A stretch of DNA of 64,000 bases, from positions 1 to 64,000 of the forward strand of contig NW_027117342.1 in NCBI RefSeq assembly GCF_038025025.1, read 5' to 3'. The position numbers and the translations under genes were made by a program. The DNA comes from Phyllosticta citribraziliensis (Eukaryota). The stretch's first letter is position 1, and each line of letters opens with the position of its first letter. Shown here in pieces: positions 47,101 to 61,134 of the stretch. A model generated the notes under the pieces. That model was not told where the DNA came from. It ran no database searches and saw only the letters and a list, made by a program, of their open reading frames with translations.

Positions 47101-49349
47101 AGTTATATTCTAGGAGGTTATTAATACTCTTATTCCTAAACTCTCTACTCTTAGTATACCTATTAAAGCAACACCTATTAAGATACTAACTAATAAGTAT
47201 TATTATCCTAAGTATATTTATAAGCCTATTAACTATTATATTAAAGAGTAGAGTAGGAAGGCTAATAATAAGTATAACTATAAGCATCTTATATTATTAT
47301 AGTTATCTAGTCTTAACTACTACTTTACTACTACTCTTACCTATACTCTATATATCTATAACCTTCTACCCCTACTAAAGATATAGAAGCAGCTTAAGAA
47401 GTACCTGCTATATAACTAGCTATATATAGCTACCTAGTATAAAATAGAATAGTACTAGGTTAACGGCACCTACTATAAGGTATATTAGCTAGATAAAACG
47501 CAGGTATTACTACTAGTTAAATAGGTATAGAACTATAAAGGAGATATAAATAGCTTCTTAGCCTTATATAAGGTATATCTTATTATTTATAGTAATAAGT
47601 AACGCCCTAGCCTAGACTACTTATAGATATATATAGCCACTATTTAGTCTACTATATTAAAGCTACTACTTACTCTTATAGCTAACTAAGGCTAGTTTAT
47701 CTACTAAGATAATATTATTATAGTATTCCTAAATAGAAAGATAGATTATCTAGGTATCTTTATTTACCTTCCCCCTAGTTATAAGGAGACTAATAACTAA
47801 GGAGTTAAACTTATTAGTAAACTCCTAAAATTGCTATATAGCCTAAAGCAGGCCCCTATACTCTAGTAAAAGGAGTTTATAGATTATATAGTATTACTTA
47901 AGTATACCCCCTTAGAGGCTAATCTATATATCTTTAAGACTCCCTATAGTAGTTATTTAGTTATTTATATTAATAACCTACTATACTTTTACACCTCTAT
48001 AACTAGTATTAATATAATAAAGAAGGATGTTTATTTATACTTTAAGACTTATAATCTTAGCCTACTTAAGTACTACTTAGGTATATATTTTATTTATAAG
48101 GATAATAAGATCCTTATCTCTTAAGATAACTATATTACTAGCCTTATAGAGAAGTATAATATATTAGATATAAAGTAGTTACCTATACCTCTAAAGGAGT
48201 ATATTATCCCTAGTACTAATAAACTAGATAATTAGTAAACTACCTACTATTAAAGTATTATTAGATTAGTAGGTTATACGGCTAATATAACTAGGCCTAA
48301 TATTACCTATATAATCTATAAGCTCTACTAGTACTTATATAACCTAAGTAAGTACTATATAGAGCTTATATTATACCTCCTATAGTACCTTAATAGCTAC
48401 TGTAATCTTACTATCTATCTTAGTAGAAATAACTTTAATTTATATAGCTATAGTAATGCCGCGCATGCTAATAACTATAATAGGCAATTAACTATAGGCT
48501 ACGTCTTTATAGCTATAGGTAGTATTATTAACTATAAATTATATAAGTAGATAGTTATTATAACTAGTATAATATACGCTAAGTATATAGGACTCTTAGT
48601 TATAGCTAAAGAGGTGCTCTAGCTATAGAAGCTACTTAGATAGCTAAAGTATAATAATAATAGCATCTTCCTATCTACCTACCTAATAGTATTAAATAGT
48701 AATAATACTACTTTACTCACTCTTACTAGCCCTAATAGCTATAATAGTAATAAAATAAAGCACTTTAATATTATATATTACTATATTTATAAATATATTA
48801 AGGTAGGAGATATTACTATTAAGTATATTTTAACTAATAATATAGTTACTAATAGCCTTATAAAGCCGCTTAATATAATTAAGTTTCCTACTTTTATTAA
48901 GTAGCTAGGCCTAGTTACCTTACTAACTAAAGACTAAACGACTAATAACTATATAAATTATAAATAAAAGAATAAATAAAAGAAGGAGATAAATAAAGAT
49001 ATTTCTATAGTTATAAGACTACTTTTTACTAGTTATATAGGAGGATTAGTTATACTAGATACCCCTTTCTTTACTTTTAATACCCCTCTCCTACCCCTTT
49101 TAGCTACTTATCTACCTGTTTTTCTACTTTTTAACTACTAGATTATAAGCTGCTATACCTTAGGGGGTGTAATAAAGTACCTCTATAGGTAAGTCATATA
49201 TAGCTAGTCTATAGTTAGTTAGTTAGGCACGTATATAGTATATATCCCTAGTAATAATAACTCTATTACCGCGCGCGTGTCCTCTACTTATATATATAAT
49301 ATAATTAATTCTGCTCCTTCTAGACTGCTACTATACCTAGTATTTATTA
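32192..49349 (+). mobile_element. Ty1/Copia LTR retrotransposon, full length, RIP-inactivated, interrupted by a Gypsy element
   Basis: 180-bp LTRs at 32192-32371 and 49170-49349; PBS GGTTATAAGCCC at 32372; PPT AGGGGGTG before 49170; TSD CGAAG / RIP-altered TAAAG. RIP-altered protease (*IINSSISYYF ~45380), integrase, RT and RNase H (YSNAAHAN ~48450; IVTNSLIKPL ~48842) lie in Copia order. Confidence 0.92.
32801..44274 (-). mobile_element. Ty3/Gypsy chromovirus, full length (11.5 kb), 1440-bp LTRs, RIP-inactivated
   Basis: LTRs at 32801-34240 and 42835-44274; TSD CCCCT on both sides; PPT complement at 34241-34254. Minus strand shows [10 protein letters not shown] (~40200), RNase H, integrase and chromodomain YLIK*KGYLDYKSI*EVEDNL (~37630-37690); gag at ~41700-42750. 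Confidence 0.95.
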
Positions 49350-49484
49350 TAAAGCTCTATATATCTCCCTATACTATACCTAATAGCACCTACACCTATA
49401 TATTAAAAGTTAGGTAATAGGAATACTATAGTCTTAATACCTAATACTAAAGCGTCGTTGCAGGCAGCCGGCTTGTTTCTATAT

Positions 49485-52400
49485 TATTAACTCTACTAAT
49501 TATAGCTCTAGTATCTAATAGAGGATAGAGTCTCTAGTAGGTAGTAGAGTTATTAGATAGCTAAGGTGCTAGTCTATAGATAGTCTAGTATAGTACTACT
49601 ATAGGTATTATCCTAGATAATTTTATAACCTAACTTACCTACTTAATTAATATACCTTTAATTTTATACCTTTATTAGCCTTAGACCTCCTTTAGGTTAT
49701 AAGCCCTCTCCTTTAATTATTACTAATAATCTCTCTACTTCTACTACTTTATATAACCTTAGATCTATAAGACTAATTAGACCTATAGGCTCCTAATAGC
49801 TACTTACTAATATTATAGTATATAGTATATTTAGATACATCTTCTATTAATATATATATATAATAGCTATAGCTATTAATACTAAGACTAGTATTTAGCT
49901 TATCTTAAGATTTAGCTATAGTAGTCTTACTACTAACCTCTTTTTATATTATAACTAACTAGATATCTAATAATAACTCTTTTATTTAATTAATTTAGGA
50001 TAATCTAAGTAATACTCTCTTAAACTTTTCTTAAATATAAACCCCTAACTAAATATCTAAGCTAGATAAATAGCTAGTACTACTCTCTCCTCTCCCCCTA
50101 TCTCCTCTATAGCTAGTACTATAACTACTATTTATAATAGCTAATATATATTATACTAGTATAAAGGATATAGGCTTTATACCCTAATTTAAGGATAATA
50201 GAGAGAACTTTAGAGATTAGTATATACTACTAGAGTAATTTATCTATAGTATTAGCTACTAGGATAATATAATATATAATATAAAGCCTAACTAGGTAGA
50301 TCCTACTAAGTTTATAGATAAAAATACTAATAAAATTAAGTATAGAGAGTATATTACTACTAATAAGCTATTTATTAAGTAGGACTCCTATAATAGCTAT
50401 ATATATAGTACTATTATTAACTTAGTAGATACTTAGGTCTATAAGGCTTTTATATAACTATAGATAGCTAAGGCTATATATAACTATACTATTAAGTACT
50501 ATACCTATAAAGGTCCCTCTTAAATAGCTATTATTATTAAGGAGTTTATAACCCTCTACTAGGATAGCTACTCTAATCTTATAAAGTTTCTAAATAAATA
50601 GAAGGCTACCTTAATTTACTATAATATCTTTAGTATAGCTATTCTAAAGCTAATACTTCTTATCCTTCTACTTATTACTATTAACTATAATACTAGTAGT
50701 AACACGTACTTTACTAAGTAGGTAGAGTATACTTATTATTAAATTAGTAATAAGAACCTAGTAGAAACTCTTTATATTAATAACCTAATTTCTAAATTAG
50801 AGGATAGGTAGACTAGTAAATAGGCTAATACCTATATTAACTATACTAATTAGAATAGCTCTAACTATAATAATAGGAATAGTAATAGCTAAAATAATAA
50901 TAATAACTCCTATAGAAATAACTTAAGTAATAATAATAACTCTTCTAAATCTTATAGTAAGCTACCTAATAGTAGGAAGTACTTCTATTATAATAATAAG
51001 TATTATAAATCTAATAAGTACTTTTATCTTTACCTAGATAAGGCTCCTAAGAACTTTAAGGTTAACTAAGCTCTTATTAATAAGTATTATAAGTAAGCTA
51101 AGGCTAGGAAGGATAGTAATAAGACTAATAGTCTAAAGATATATAGTATTATAGATACTAGTAATTACTCTATCCTTAATAATATTATAAATACCTCTAT
51201 AAATTAATATACCTAGATTATTAATAGTAGAGCTATAGATTACTATACTAATAACTACTTAGCCTTTATTAAATATAAGCTAATATATAGATAGGTTAGT
51301 ACTAGTAGTAGCTCTATTTAGTATAAAGGAATTAGCTATATCCGCCTTATTATATATAGATATTATAGAACTCTTAGTATTTATATATTTAGTAATATCC
51401 TCTACTATCTAGTACTACTATTAAGTATAATCTTACTAGGTCCTCTTAAGTAGTATAGTATTTACTAGGAGGGCTATCCTAAAGCCTTATAATTAGTAAA
51501 TAGTAGTAATATTTTATATACGCCCCTCTACTTAAAGATAAGATTAAATATTATTAATATTATTAAAGTTAGTCCTAATAGATAGGTATTTATTATTATA
51601 CCTACTATTTACTCTCCTCCCTCTACTAGCTAATTAGTAGTACTAGAGACTAAAGTAAGCTAATTAGATACTACTATTCTACTACTTTAGGGGCTATAGA
51701 AGTAGCTTAAGGAAATTTCCTATACTCCTATATTAGTTAGTACTTCTACTAATAGCTAGAGAAAGGTGTTATTATTAATAATAGATATTAATCTACTTTA
51801 CTACTATATAGGTTATACTAGATTTAATATAGTATATAACTATACTAAAGCCTATAATTTATATATTACTAGTAAGGAGAAGCCTTATACTACTTACCTT
51901 ATAATAAAGGTATAGAGGAGTTCTAGCTATACTTAATAGCTATATAAGACTAAATCTCTTACTTACTTATATAGTAATATATAGTAGATCTCCCCTCCTA
52001 GATTAAATAGTAAGAAGTATATTATTTACTTAACTAATAATACTACTAGCTACTACTAGGCCGCTATATATAAGCTTAAGTCTAATATTTATAATAGTCT
52101 ATAGTCTTATATAAAGTACTATAAGCTCTAATTAGGCTACTATCTATACTATATTTACCTTAACTTAGGAACTAAGTTCACCCCTAAGTATTTTATAGTA
52201 TTTTATAAGAGTAAGGGTATTAAATTTAAGCTATCTATAGAGTACTATCCTAAATAAAATAGTAAGGCTAAGAAGGCTAACTATATTATCTAATTATATA
52301 TCTAGACTATAGTCTATTAGTCTAGTATACTAGTATTCTTATAGATAGAGGCCCTTTCTATTACTATTAAGCTCCTAAATAGTACTTCTACTTAACTAAA

Positions 52401-53213
52401 TAATAATAAGTCTCCTAACTAGGTATTCTTTACGTACCTTAGTATTTAATAGTAGGAGACTACTTACTATTACTAAACCTAGAGTAGTATTATATTTACT
52501 TATATCCCTCCCTAAAGGTATATTTATAGTAAAAAGCTTATAAATAGGGCTATTAAAGGCTACCTTATAGGCTTTAAGAGAAGCTATATCTACTATATAT
52601 TTATTACTCCTAATAAGATTATTTATACTCCTATAGTTAAGATTCTTAAAGCTAAATTTAATAAGGATAACTATATAACTAATAGAGAGATTAAGGAGTT
52701 AATTACTATTAATTATACTAATTTTATACCTAATCCTAACCCTATAAGTAAATAGGGGGTGACTATAACTAGTATAGCTACTAGTTTAGATAATAGTACT
52801 AGATCTTAAGGGGTACTAATTATTAATAATAATAATAATAACTTAGAATTTATTCCTAATAGTAAAGACTATAAATTACTACTAGAACTCCCTTAACTTA
52901 GTACTCTAGTTAAAGCGCTACTTAATAATAAAGAGGATATTATATAGGATATAATTATACCTATTCTATATTATATATACTCTTAACTAGCCCTAGTAGA
53001 ACTAGAAGTTTACTACTTAGCTTATATAAAGCGCGCTCCTAAGTTCCTAATTAATAAATAGAGTATAGTAGGTAAGGCTAAGTATAGTAATCTTATTATA
53101 TACCTATCTACCCTTTACTACTACTATATAATAGCTATAGAGTATAAGCCTTAAGTTACTAACCTCCTACCTATTCTAAAGATATAGAAATAAATAAAGA
53201 CTTATCTACTTAT
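49485..53213 (+). mobile_element. Second Copia element (related family): 5' LTR, gag, protease, integrase; interrupted before RT
   Basis: PBS GGTTATAAGCCC at 49695; gag/protease/integrase text parallels 44300-47400; homology breaks at ~53213. LTR start is approximate. Confidence 0.82.
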
Positions 53214-56200
53214 TATAATAATCTAACTAGATATTTATAGTACTAATTTAGGTATAAGAGTTATCCTATTACTTAGGCTATCTATATAGCTAAAGTATCT
53301 ATCCCCTATAACTACTAAGCTTACTAAGCTTACCCTTAGTATCTAATAGCTATACTAGATCCCTATAGAATCTACTACTATAGGTAGTAGCTAAAGTAGT
53401 TTATAGGTACCCTTACCTATATTTACTATCTAGTCCTAATCTATACTCCTAAATCTATACCCCTAAATCTATATAGTAATTATAATTACTAAAGGAAAGA
53501 AAGGGAAAAAATAGGGAAAGGAAGCCTTACTTATTATTATTATCTACTATCTAGGCCTAAGCCTTATCCTATTTATCTTTAGTATCTAAGATATAGGAAC
53601 CTATAGTACCTATAGCCTTAGTATCCTACTTTACCCTAACTATAGCTATAGCCTTATTATCCTAGGATTACTTACTATCTAAGTACTTAGATTATAATTT
53701 ATTATTAATATTAATTACCCTATTACCCTTAGTTTATCTATATATCTTACGCGCTATATTATAGATAGCCTCGCGTATAGTACTATCCTTTTTATAGATA
53801 GTGCTATTAGTATTAGACTTATCTTCTTTATTATATAGATTAGTTAGGGCTAATATCTTATCCTTAAGGTTAATAACCTCCTTATTATCTATTATACTAG
53901 GGTAACTAGTAATCCTATATTACTTAGGACTTAGTTTATTAGGTTCTAGCTTAGTCCTTATAGTATACTTCTTCTTAGGCTTAATTATAGTTCTAGGGGC
54001 CTTAGGATCCTTACTCTTAGGACCCTTATTATTAATAGTCTTTAAGCTAGGCTAGGGTTTATTAACTATACTATATCTAGGCATGCTAGTAAATATACCC
54101 TAGCCTTATAGTATTAGCATTATAATACTAGATCTACTAGGTATTAAGGTAGATAGGGAGCTAGAATAAAAGTATAGATTAGAGTTAGTAATTTTACTAG
54201 GATTAATTATATTAAAGATATTATTACTAGGGTTAGTAGTAGGATATAAGGAGGCGTACTTTTATAATCTAAGTATAAGTAGGGTTCTATAGCGCTAGTA
54301 GTCTAGCTAGGCCTATACCTCTACTATCTAGTATTTCTTATCTTCTACTATAGTATCCTTCTATGCCTACTTATTAGCTAGTATAGTATTAATTTAGGCC
54401 CTAAACTGCTTTACTAGGTAGTACTAGAGGCCTATAGATACGTAGCTATACTTATAGAGTATTAGATTATACTAGATATCTAGGATGTTCTACTTAGTAT
54501 AGAAGTCCCTAGATAGGGTAGTATATAGTATAGACCTAGCTACCTTTTATAGTAATCTAATCTTAGTTAATAACTAGGTAGAGAAACTATAATATAGAAG
54601 AGTATAGTTATTAAGTAGTACTAGGATTATATAAGATAGTAGGCTTAGTATCTAGTAAGCCTATAATTTAGTTAGGTTTAGTAGTAGGTTACCTATACTA
54701 TCTAGAGTCTAGAAATACTTATTAAAGAGATACTTAACCTCTAGACCTATATACTAGAATACTATATAGACCTCTTCTATCTTAAAATAGTTATAGGGCA
54801 GGATACTATAGTATATTATTATATATAGTACTATTAGGTCCCTAAACTAAAAAAGGTCTTCTTTTATCTATCTATAGTATATACTACTAGCTATAGTAAT
54901 AGTACTTACTTTAGAGTGCCCTTCTTATAGGGATTATCTATCTTCTATACTAGATAGTAGAGTAATAATTAGCTTAACCCTATTAATATAGCTAGTAGTA
55001 GTAGGTAGTATCCTAGTAACTTCCTATTTATAACCCTTCTTAATAATAAAAGGTAGAGGCAGCCCTATAATATTATAGTTATAAGCGGCCTAGTATATAG
55101 CTTAGAAGGCTTTATTAGATATATTAGCTTAGAAATTAGTATTATTAAAGGTATAGAATCCCTAGAGGAGTGTTATAATATTAGATTTATAGGGTTTAAC
55201 TATATTATTATCCTTAACTTTATACTAGGGAATATAGATAGTATCCTAACTAGTCTTTATAATCTAATAGCTATTATTAAAAGTAAGTAGGGCTATGTAC
55301 TAGTATAGGATATTAAAATAGTATTAGTACTATAAGTAGGCGCGTACCTTAAAGTAGAGGCCTAGGACCTAGACTAGCTTAACTAGGGTAAAGTACTCCT
55401 TATTAGGGGTAAGGCAGTCTAGAACCTTCTTATCCTAAGTAATAATAGGTACTACCCTACTACTAGAAGATATATTCCTCTATTTATTAGCTTAGTAGCT
55501 CTAAGTATATTTCTTATTTAGATCCTTACTAGGATCCTTAGCTATAATAGTAGTATATATCTTATCTCCTCCTAGTATCTTATACTTATATATCCTAGTA
55601 TAGTAGAAGGTATTACTAACCTTTACTATAAAGGCTCTACTATAGAGCCTATAGTAGGGATTTAGTAAGCCCTCTATATAGGTATAGATATAGTATTTAC
55701 TAATATTTATAAGCTAGAGATTACTAGCTATTAATTATCCTACTAGTAAGTAGAGCTATCCCTCTACGTGTAATAATAAGTTATATCTATAGGGTAGAAG
55801 ACTATAAGTATATATAACTATAGTCTAGATGCTATTAAAGAGTGCTATAGAATCTATAGTAGCTAGGTTAGTAGTTCTTACTAGTTTACTATCCTCTCCC
55901 TTACTATAGGAGCTCTTTACTAGTAGATAGGTAAATATAGATATTAGGGCCTTATTCTTAAGTAGGAAGGATATTATCTCTTTACCTAGAGATATATTAG
56001 TATTAAGATTAGGATCCTAGTTATTAGTTATAGAAAGTTTACCTTTACTAGGTTTATATTTTATAATAGTAGTAATACTATAGTACTAGGATTTATATTT
56101 TACTTAAGCTATAATCCTAGTAGATTACCTTTATATAAGCTAGCTAAGAGTTTAATAGATAGTAAGTATATTAAGCTAAGGTACGATAGATATTAAAGGT

Positions 56201-59200
56201 AAGGGTATAGTAATAAAGGTTAAAAGGTAAAGGTATAGTAATAGATAGTTATAGTTTAGTAGGTACCTAGGTAATATAATTATACCTACTAGTATCCCTA
56301 TATTCTAGCCTAAAAATAAAGGAAAATAAATAAAGAAAGATAAAGAGAAAACTCCCTATAATATCCTCCTTATTATATTATTATCCTAATAATAAAACCT
56401 TTAGAATAACCTCCTTATTATATTCTTACTACTATTACTAAGGTCTATATCTTTATCTACCCTCCCTAGTTATAGCCTAATATAAAGAAATCGTCCCTAG
56501 AAATATATATAGGGAAAATAAAGGAAAATATAGGATAGTAATAAAGGAAGAGCGCCTATTTAGGCGCGGTATAGGATTACTATATAAGGACTTCTAGTAT
56601 AGTAGCCCCTATACTTATTATATAAGTAAGCTACTTTATCCTTATTAGTAGTATTATTCTAGGCTTATAGGAGGTCCTTACCTGCTATATTAACTATAGG
56701 TTCCTAGACGCCTATAGTCTCTTCTAATACTAGGATACTAATAGTAGTATTTATAGGACCCTAGGGGTACCTAGTAGGGGTATATTACTTAGTTATATAG
56801 GTTTCTATATTAATCCTTATATTATACTCCTTAACTAGGTCTTAGGTATTATAGAGGTCCTCTAGGTTTATCTACTAGTAGTATTTAGCTCCCTATCCTT
56901 ACTAGTTAACTTAGTATTAGATCTTCTTTAAGTAGGGATTATAGTGCTATAATAATAGTACTTAGATTTTATATTCTAGTACTATCTTACCTTTAGTTAT
57001 AACCTCTAATAGTCCTAGTAGTAGAATATCCTAGCTATAAGGGTCTACTCCTAGCGCGGTATAAGGCTTAAGCTATATAATACTAACTACTAGGTGGATT
57101 TTTATATTCTTAGGGAGCTTAAGCTTATATGCTAGCTTAGATCTAGTATAGGCCTTAATATAGAAAGGTCTAATAAACTAGTAGGTAAATTTCTTACTTA
57201 TATTTCTATATATATAGTATCTATAGTATAGTTAAAGTCTTACCTAGAATCTAACTAGTAGGTAGATAAGCTTATACCTCTAGTTATATATATACTTATA
57301 GGAAGTATTTATAAAAGTAATGCCTTTATAAGCTTAGTCCTAGAAATAAGCTCTTATAACTCCTAGTTAGGCATCTAGTAGCTCCTGCTAGATTATTATT
57401 ATTAGGTTAACTTATAGCTAGAATCTAAGGTATATCTTATCTAGAGTCTAGTCTATTACTATATTAGGGGAAGAGTTTATTATAGCCTAAATTATAGGAA
57501 GGGTATTAGTCTACTATAGCTTAGTATTTATAGTAATAAAGTAGTATAAGGCAATTTTAACTATTTAATTTATCTACTTACTCTAGCTATCTATCTAGGG
57601 ATAGTATACTATACTAGCTATAAAGTTAATCCTAAGACGCTTAAAAATACTATCTATAAAGTTAGAGAGCTAATAGCTATCCCTATCTAAAATTATAACT
57701 AAAGGGAGTCCCTAGCTAAGTACTAGGATAGTTTTAATAAAAACGCCTCCCTATTTACTAGCTATCTAGGTCTCCTATCTAGGGACTAAGGCTATATACT
57801 TAGTAAATTTATAGGTAACTATTAATAGTATATTAAACGCCTTAGTAGTAGGGGGTATCCTAGTAATAAAATCCGCTATAATAGTATAGAAAGGTAATTT
57901 TAGGCTAATAATTAGGTATAGGGATCTATATAGCTTATACCTAGGGGTCCTATTCTATTTATAGTCTAGATAGTTATAGATATACTTAGATAATTATAAG
58001 TTTAAGTTATAGATAAAGTAAGCTAGATAGATATAGCTAAGTACCCTATTAATCCCCTAGTAGCTATACTTATTATAGGCTATCTTAAAGATATCCTTCT
58101 TATAACTTAGTAGGATATATAAGTACTCTTATTTATTAACCTAATCCTAAAAGTATACTAAGCTGTTATAGATAAAGAACTATAGACTACTAGAAGGAGC
58201 CTCTACTAGAATATAGTTCTCTAGAGGCATATTATCCTAGTTAGCCTACTACTCCTATTCTACTATTATAACTATCCTAGACTACTTTTAGTCTTTAGTA
58301 TAGCTAGTATAGATCTTAGCCTTAAAGGCATTAGAAAGTTCTATTAAGGTAACTTAGAATATAAAGGTTTAGTCGTCTTCTAGAACTATATAGTTATTAT
58401 TAGAGAATAGATATTCCTTAGTATCTAGGCAGCTAAGTATATCTAGGATAATATAGTTTTACCTAGCCCTATAGTATAGCTCTAAGTAGAACTAGCTTAG
58501 GAACTAGGATCCTTATATAAGCTTTATATTTAGGTATTTTATAGAATCTATACTTAGGAAATAAGTCTAGGTAGTAATAGCTATTAGGGCTAAATAGTCT
58601 ATAAAGATAATTATATATTTTATAGATTCTATATAGAGGTATAGCTTATAGATAGCCTAGATAACCCCTACTATCTTAAGCTTAGTTAGCTAATACCTAG
58701 ATTCTATACCTTTTACTTATTTAGATAGGAAGATAATTAGCTATACTAATACCTTAGGGAAATATTTAGTATACTTAAGCTACTTAATAGAAGGATCCTA
58801 GATAGATCCTAGTCCTACCTAGATACTATCTAGCTACTTAACCTCCTATATATAGGGTGCTTACCTATCTTATACTACTAGTACCTAAGGTTCTATTTTA
58901 GGTTTAGGATCTCTAATAATATAGTATACTATAGCTCCTATACTATATTCCTTACTAGTATTAATATTAATATATAAAGGCCTTTCTAGATTATAATATA
59001 CTAACTAGTCCGCATTATATAAGGTTTCCTTAATCGCTTTAAATATATCTAGCTAGTCTAGGTTAGGGTTATTCTACTTCTTAGCTACTACTTAATAGCG
59101 CGTGCTCTTAGTCTTAGGGATCCCCTTAAGTACCTTAGCTAGTAGTACTATTTTAGTTACTTCTAGCAGCTCTACTAGGTAGGTATAGTATAGTATATAC

Positions 59201-61134
59201 TACTATAACTATCTAGTAAGCCCTAAGAAGGTTTTAAGCTTCTAGAGGGTATTTAGAAAAGTAAGGTCCTTAATAGTATAGATCTTATCTTTATAGGTAA
59301 TTACTCTATAGCTATAGATATACTAACCTAAGTATAAAACTAATAGGTATCTAAGTAGTATCTTCTTAGATAATAAGGAGATCTATCTATTATCTAGCGC
59401 CTTTAGTATAGAGTCTAAGTATATAAGGTATTTATTAAAAGTTTTAGAGCATATTAGTATATTATTAATATATATAAAAGTAAAATCCTAGCAGCCTATA
59501 CGGCGTAGGATGTTATTAAATTAGTACTAGATATATAGTATACTATTATAGAATTCTATAAGAGCTACTACTAGGGTTTCCTAGCTATAGTAACTCTAGA
59601 TTATTATATAGTGCCAGTAGGCTTACTTAACTTACTATTAATAGAAGAAAGATCGCCTATTAATAAGTAAGGTATATAGATATCCTTATAGATAACTTAC
59701 TAAGTCCTAGATAGTTTTTAAGGTATACTTATCGCGGCGTATTAGGGCGTTTAAACCCTAGATATCTATAACTCTATAACCCTTATACTTATACTAGACC
59801 TATAGGGGCCTATCTCCTAGTTAGGGAAGCTAGTAGTACTTATCCTTCTAGATAATAAAGGCTGGCTAAGTAAATTCTATTAGCTTATCTATCTATAATA
59901 TTTTAGGTATTCTATCTATAGTAATCTAGTTATATAGGTCTTTAAAGGTCTTATTTAGTACCTACTTACCCTTATAGGATATACTATATACTTAGGTTAG
60001 TAGGAGGTATTCTAGCTTATCTTACTAGTTATCTACTAGGTTAATAGGCATCTAGTCTTCCTTAGGTATATTAACTATAGTATATTAGTCTATAAAAAGT
60101 AGTAGATATTTCTTTAGGATCTTTTAAAAGGCGTCGATATAATCTAGTAGACTATAGATATAAATACTATTATTAAGAGTAGTTTCTAGCTCTAGTAGGA
60201 TCCTATTATAGAATATACCTACTATAGAGTAGTTAGATACCTAGTAGTAGCTATTAATTTCTATAGCTACTAAGTATCTAAGCCTTACTTATTATAGGAT
60301 TATAAGCGGCTTATCTATATTATTATAAGTAAATAGCTAACTAAAATCTAAATTACATACTATATAATATAGGATACCGCCTTAAACTAGGAATAGGATC
60401 TAGCTAGTTTACTAATTAGGTTAAAATTTATATAGCTAGTTAGGGAGATCCTAGCTAGCTATTATACTAATTAGTACTAATAAATATAGCTTAATAATTA
60501 CCTACTATATAGCCTTAATAACCCTATATACTAGTATAGTACGCTTCTATAGGACCACCTTAGTCTATAGGTTATAGTAGAAAGGCTATATTACTATACT
60601 TTATAAGCTATTAATTAGGACCCCTTAAGGTTAAATAATATTTATACTAATAAGTAGGGGAATTAGCATGTTATTAACTATCCTTATATAGTATTATACT
60701 ATCCCTATAGCTTATAATCTATTAGGCAGCACCCCTAGTAAGTAGAGTAGTAAAAGGATATACTTATTAGACACTATAGGTTTACCTACTACTCTATAGA
60801 TAGTACCTACTATTAGTAAGGTCTAGATCTTAATATTAGGCAGTTTATTATATAGGAAACTTCTTACTACTAAGGATAAGGACGCTCCTATATCTAAGTA
60901 AGCTATATTAAGGAATCCCTTAGGTATAAGCTAGAAACTTATTTCTACTAATTAGTATATAGGGAAATAGGGAGGTGCCTAGATATCTACTATATTTACT
61001 AAAGAATTAATTATCTATAGATCCTATATACTTATAGTAAAAATAGTATTAAGTACTTAGGGTATCTTATTAAACTAATAATTAGACTACTTAGTTTTAT
61101 TACTCTTAGACCTATCCTATACTCTAGTAGGATG
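53214..61134 (-). mobile_element. Second Gypsy chromovirus (3' LTR ~53214-53405, long post-pol region, pol ~56600-61134), interrupted by a third Gypsy
   Basis: Minus strand shows the integrase core GLPLVIILDRDS..SIVYYP*IDS*SK*IN (~57560-57720), RT YINNIL (from YIDD, ~59460) and a chromodomain at ~56820-56980. LTR limits are inferred, not paired. Confidence 0.8.
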
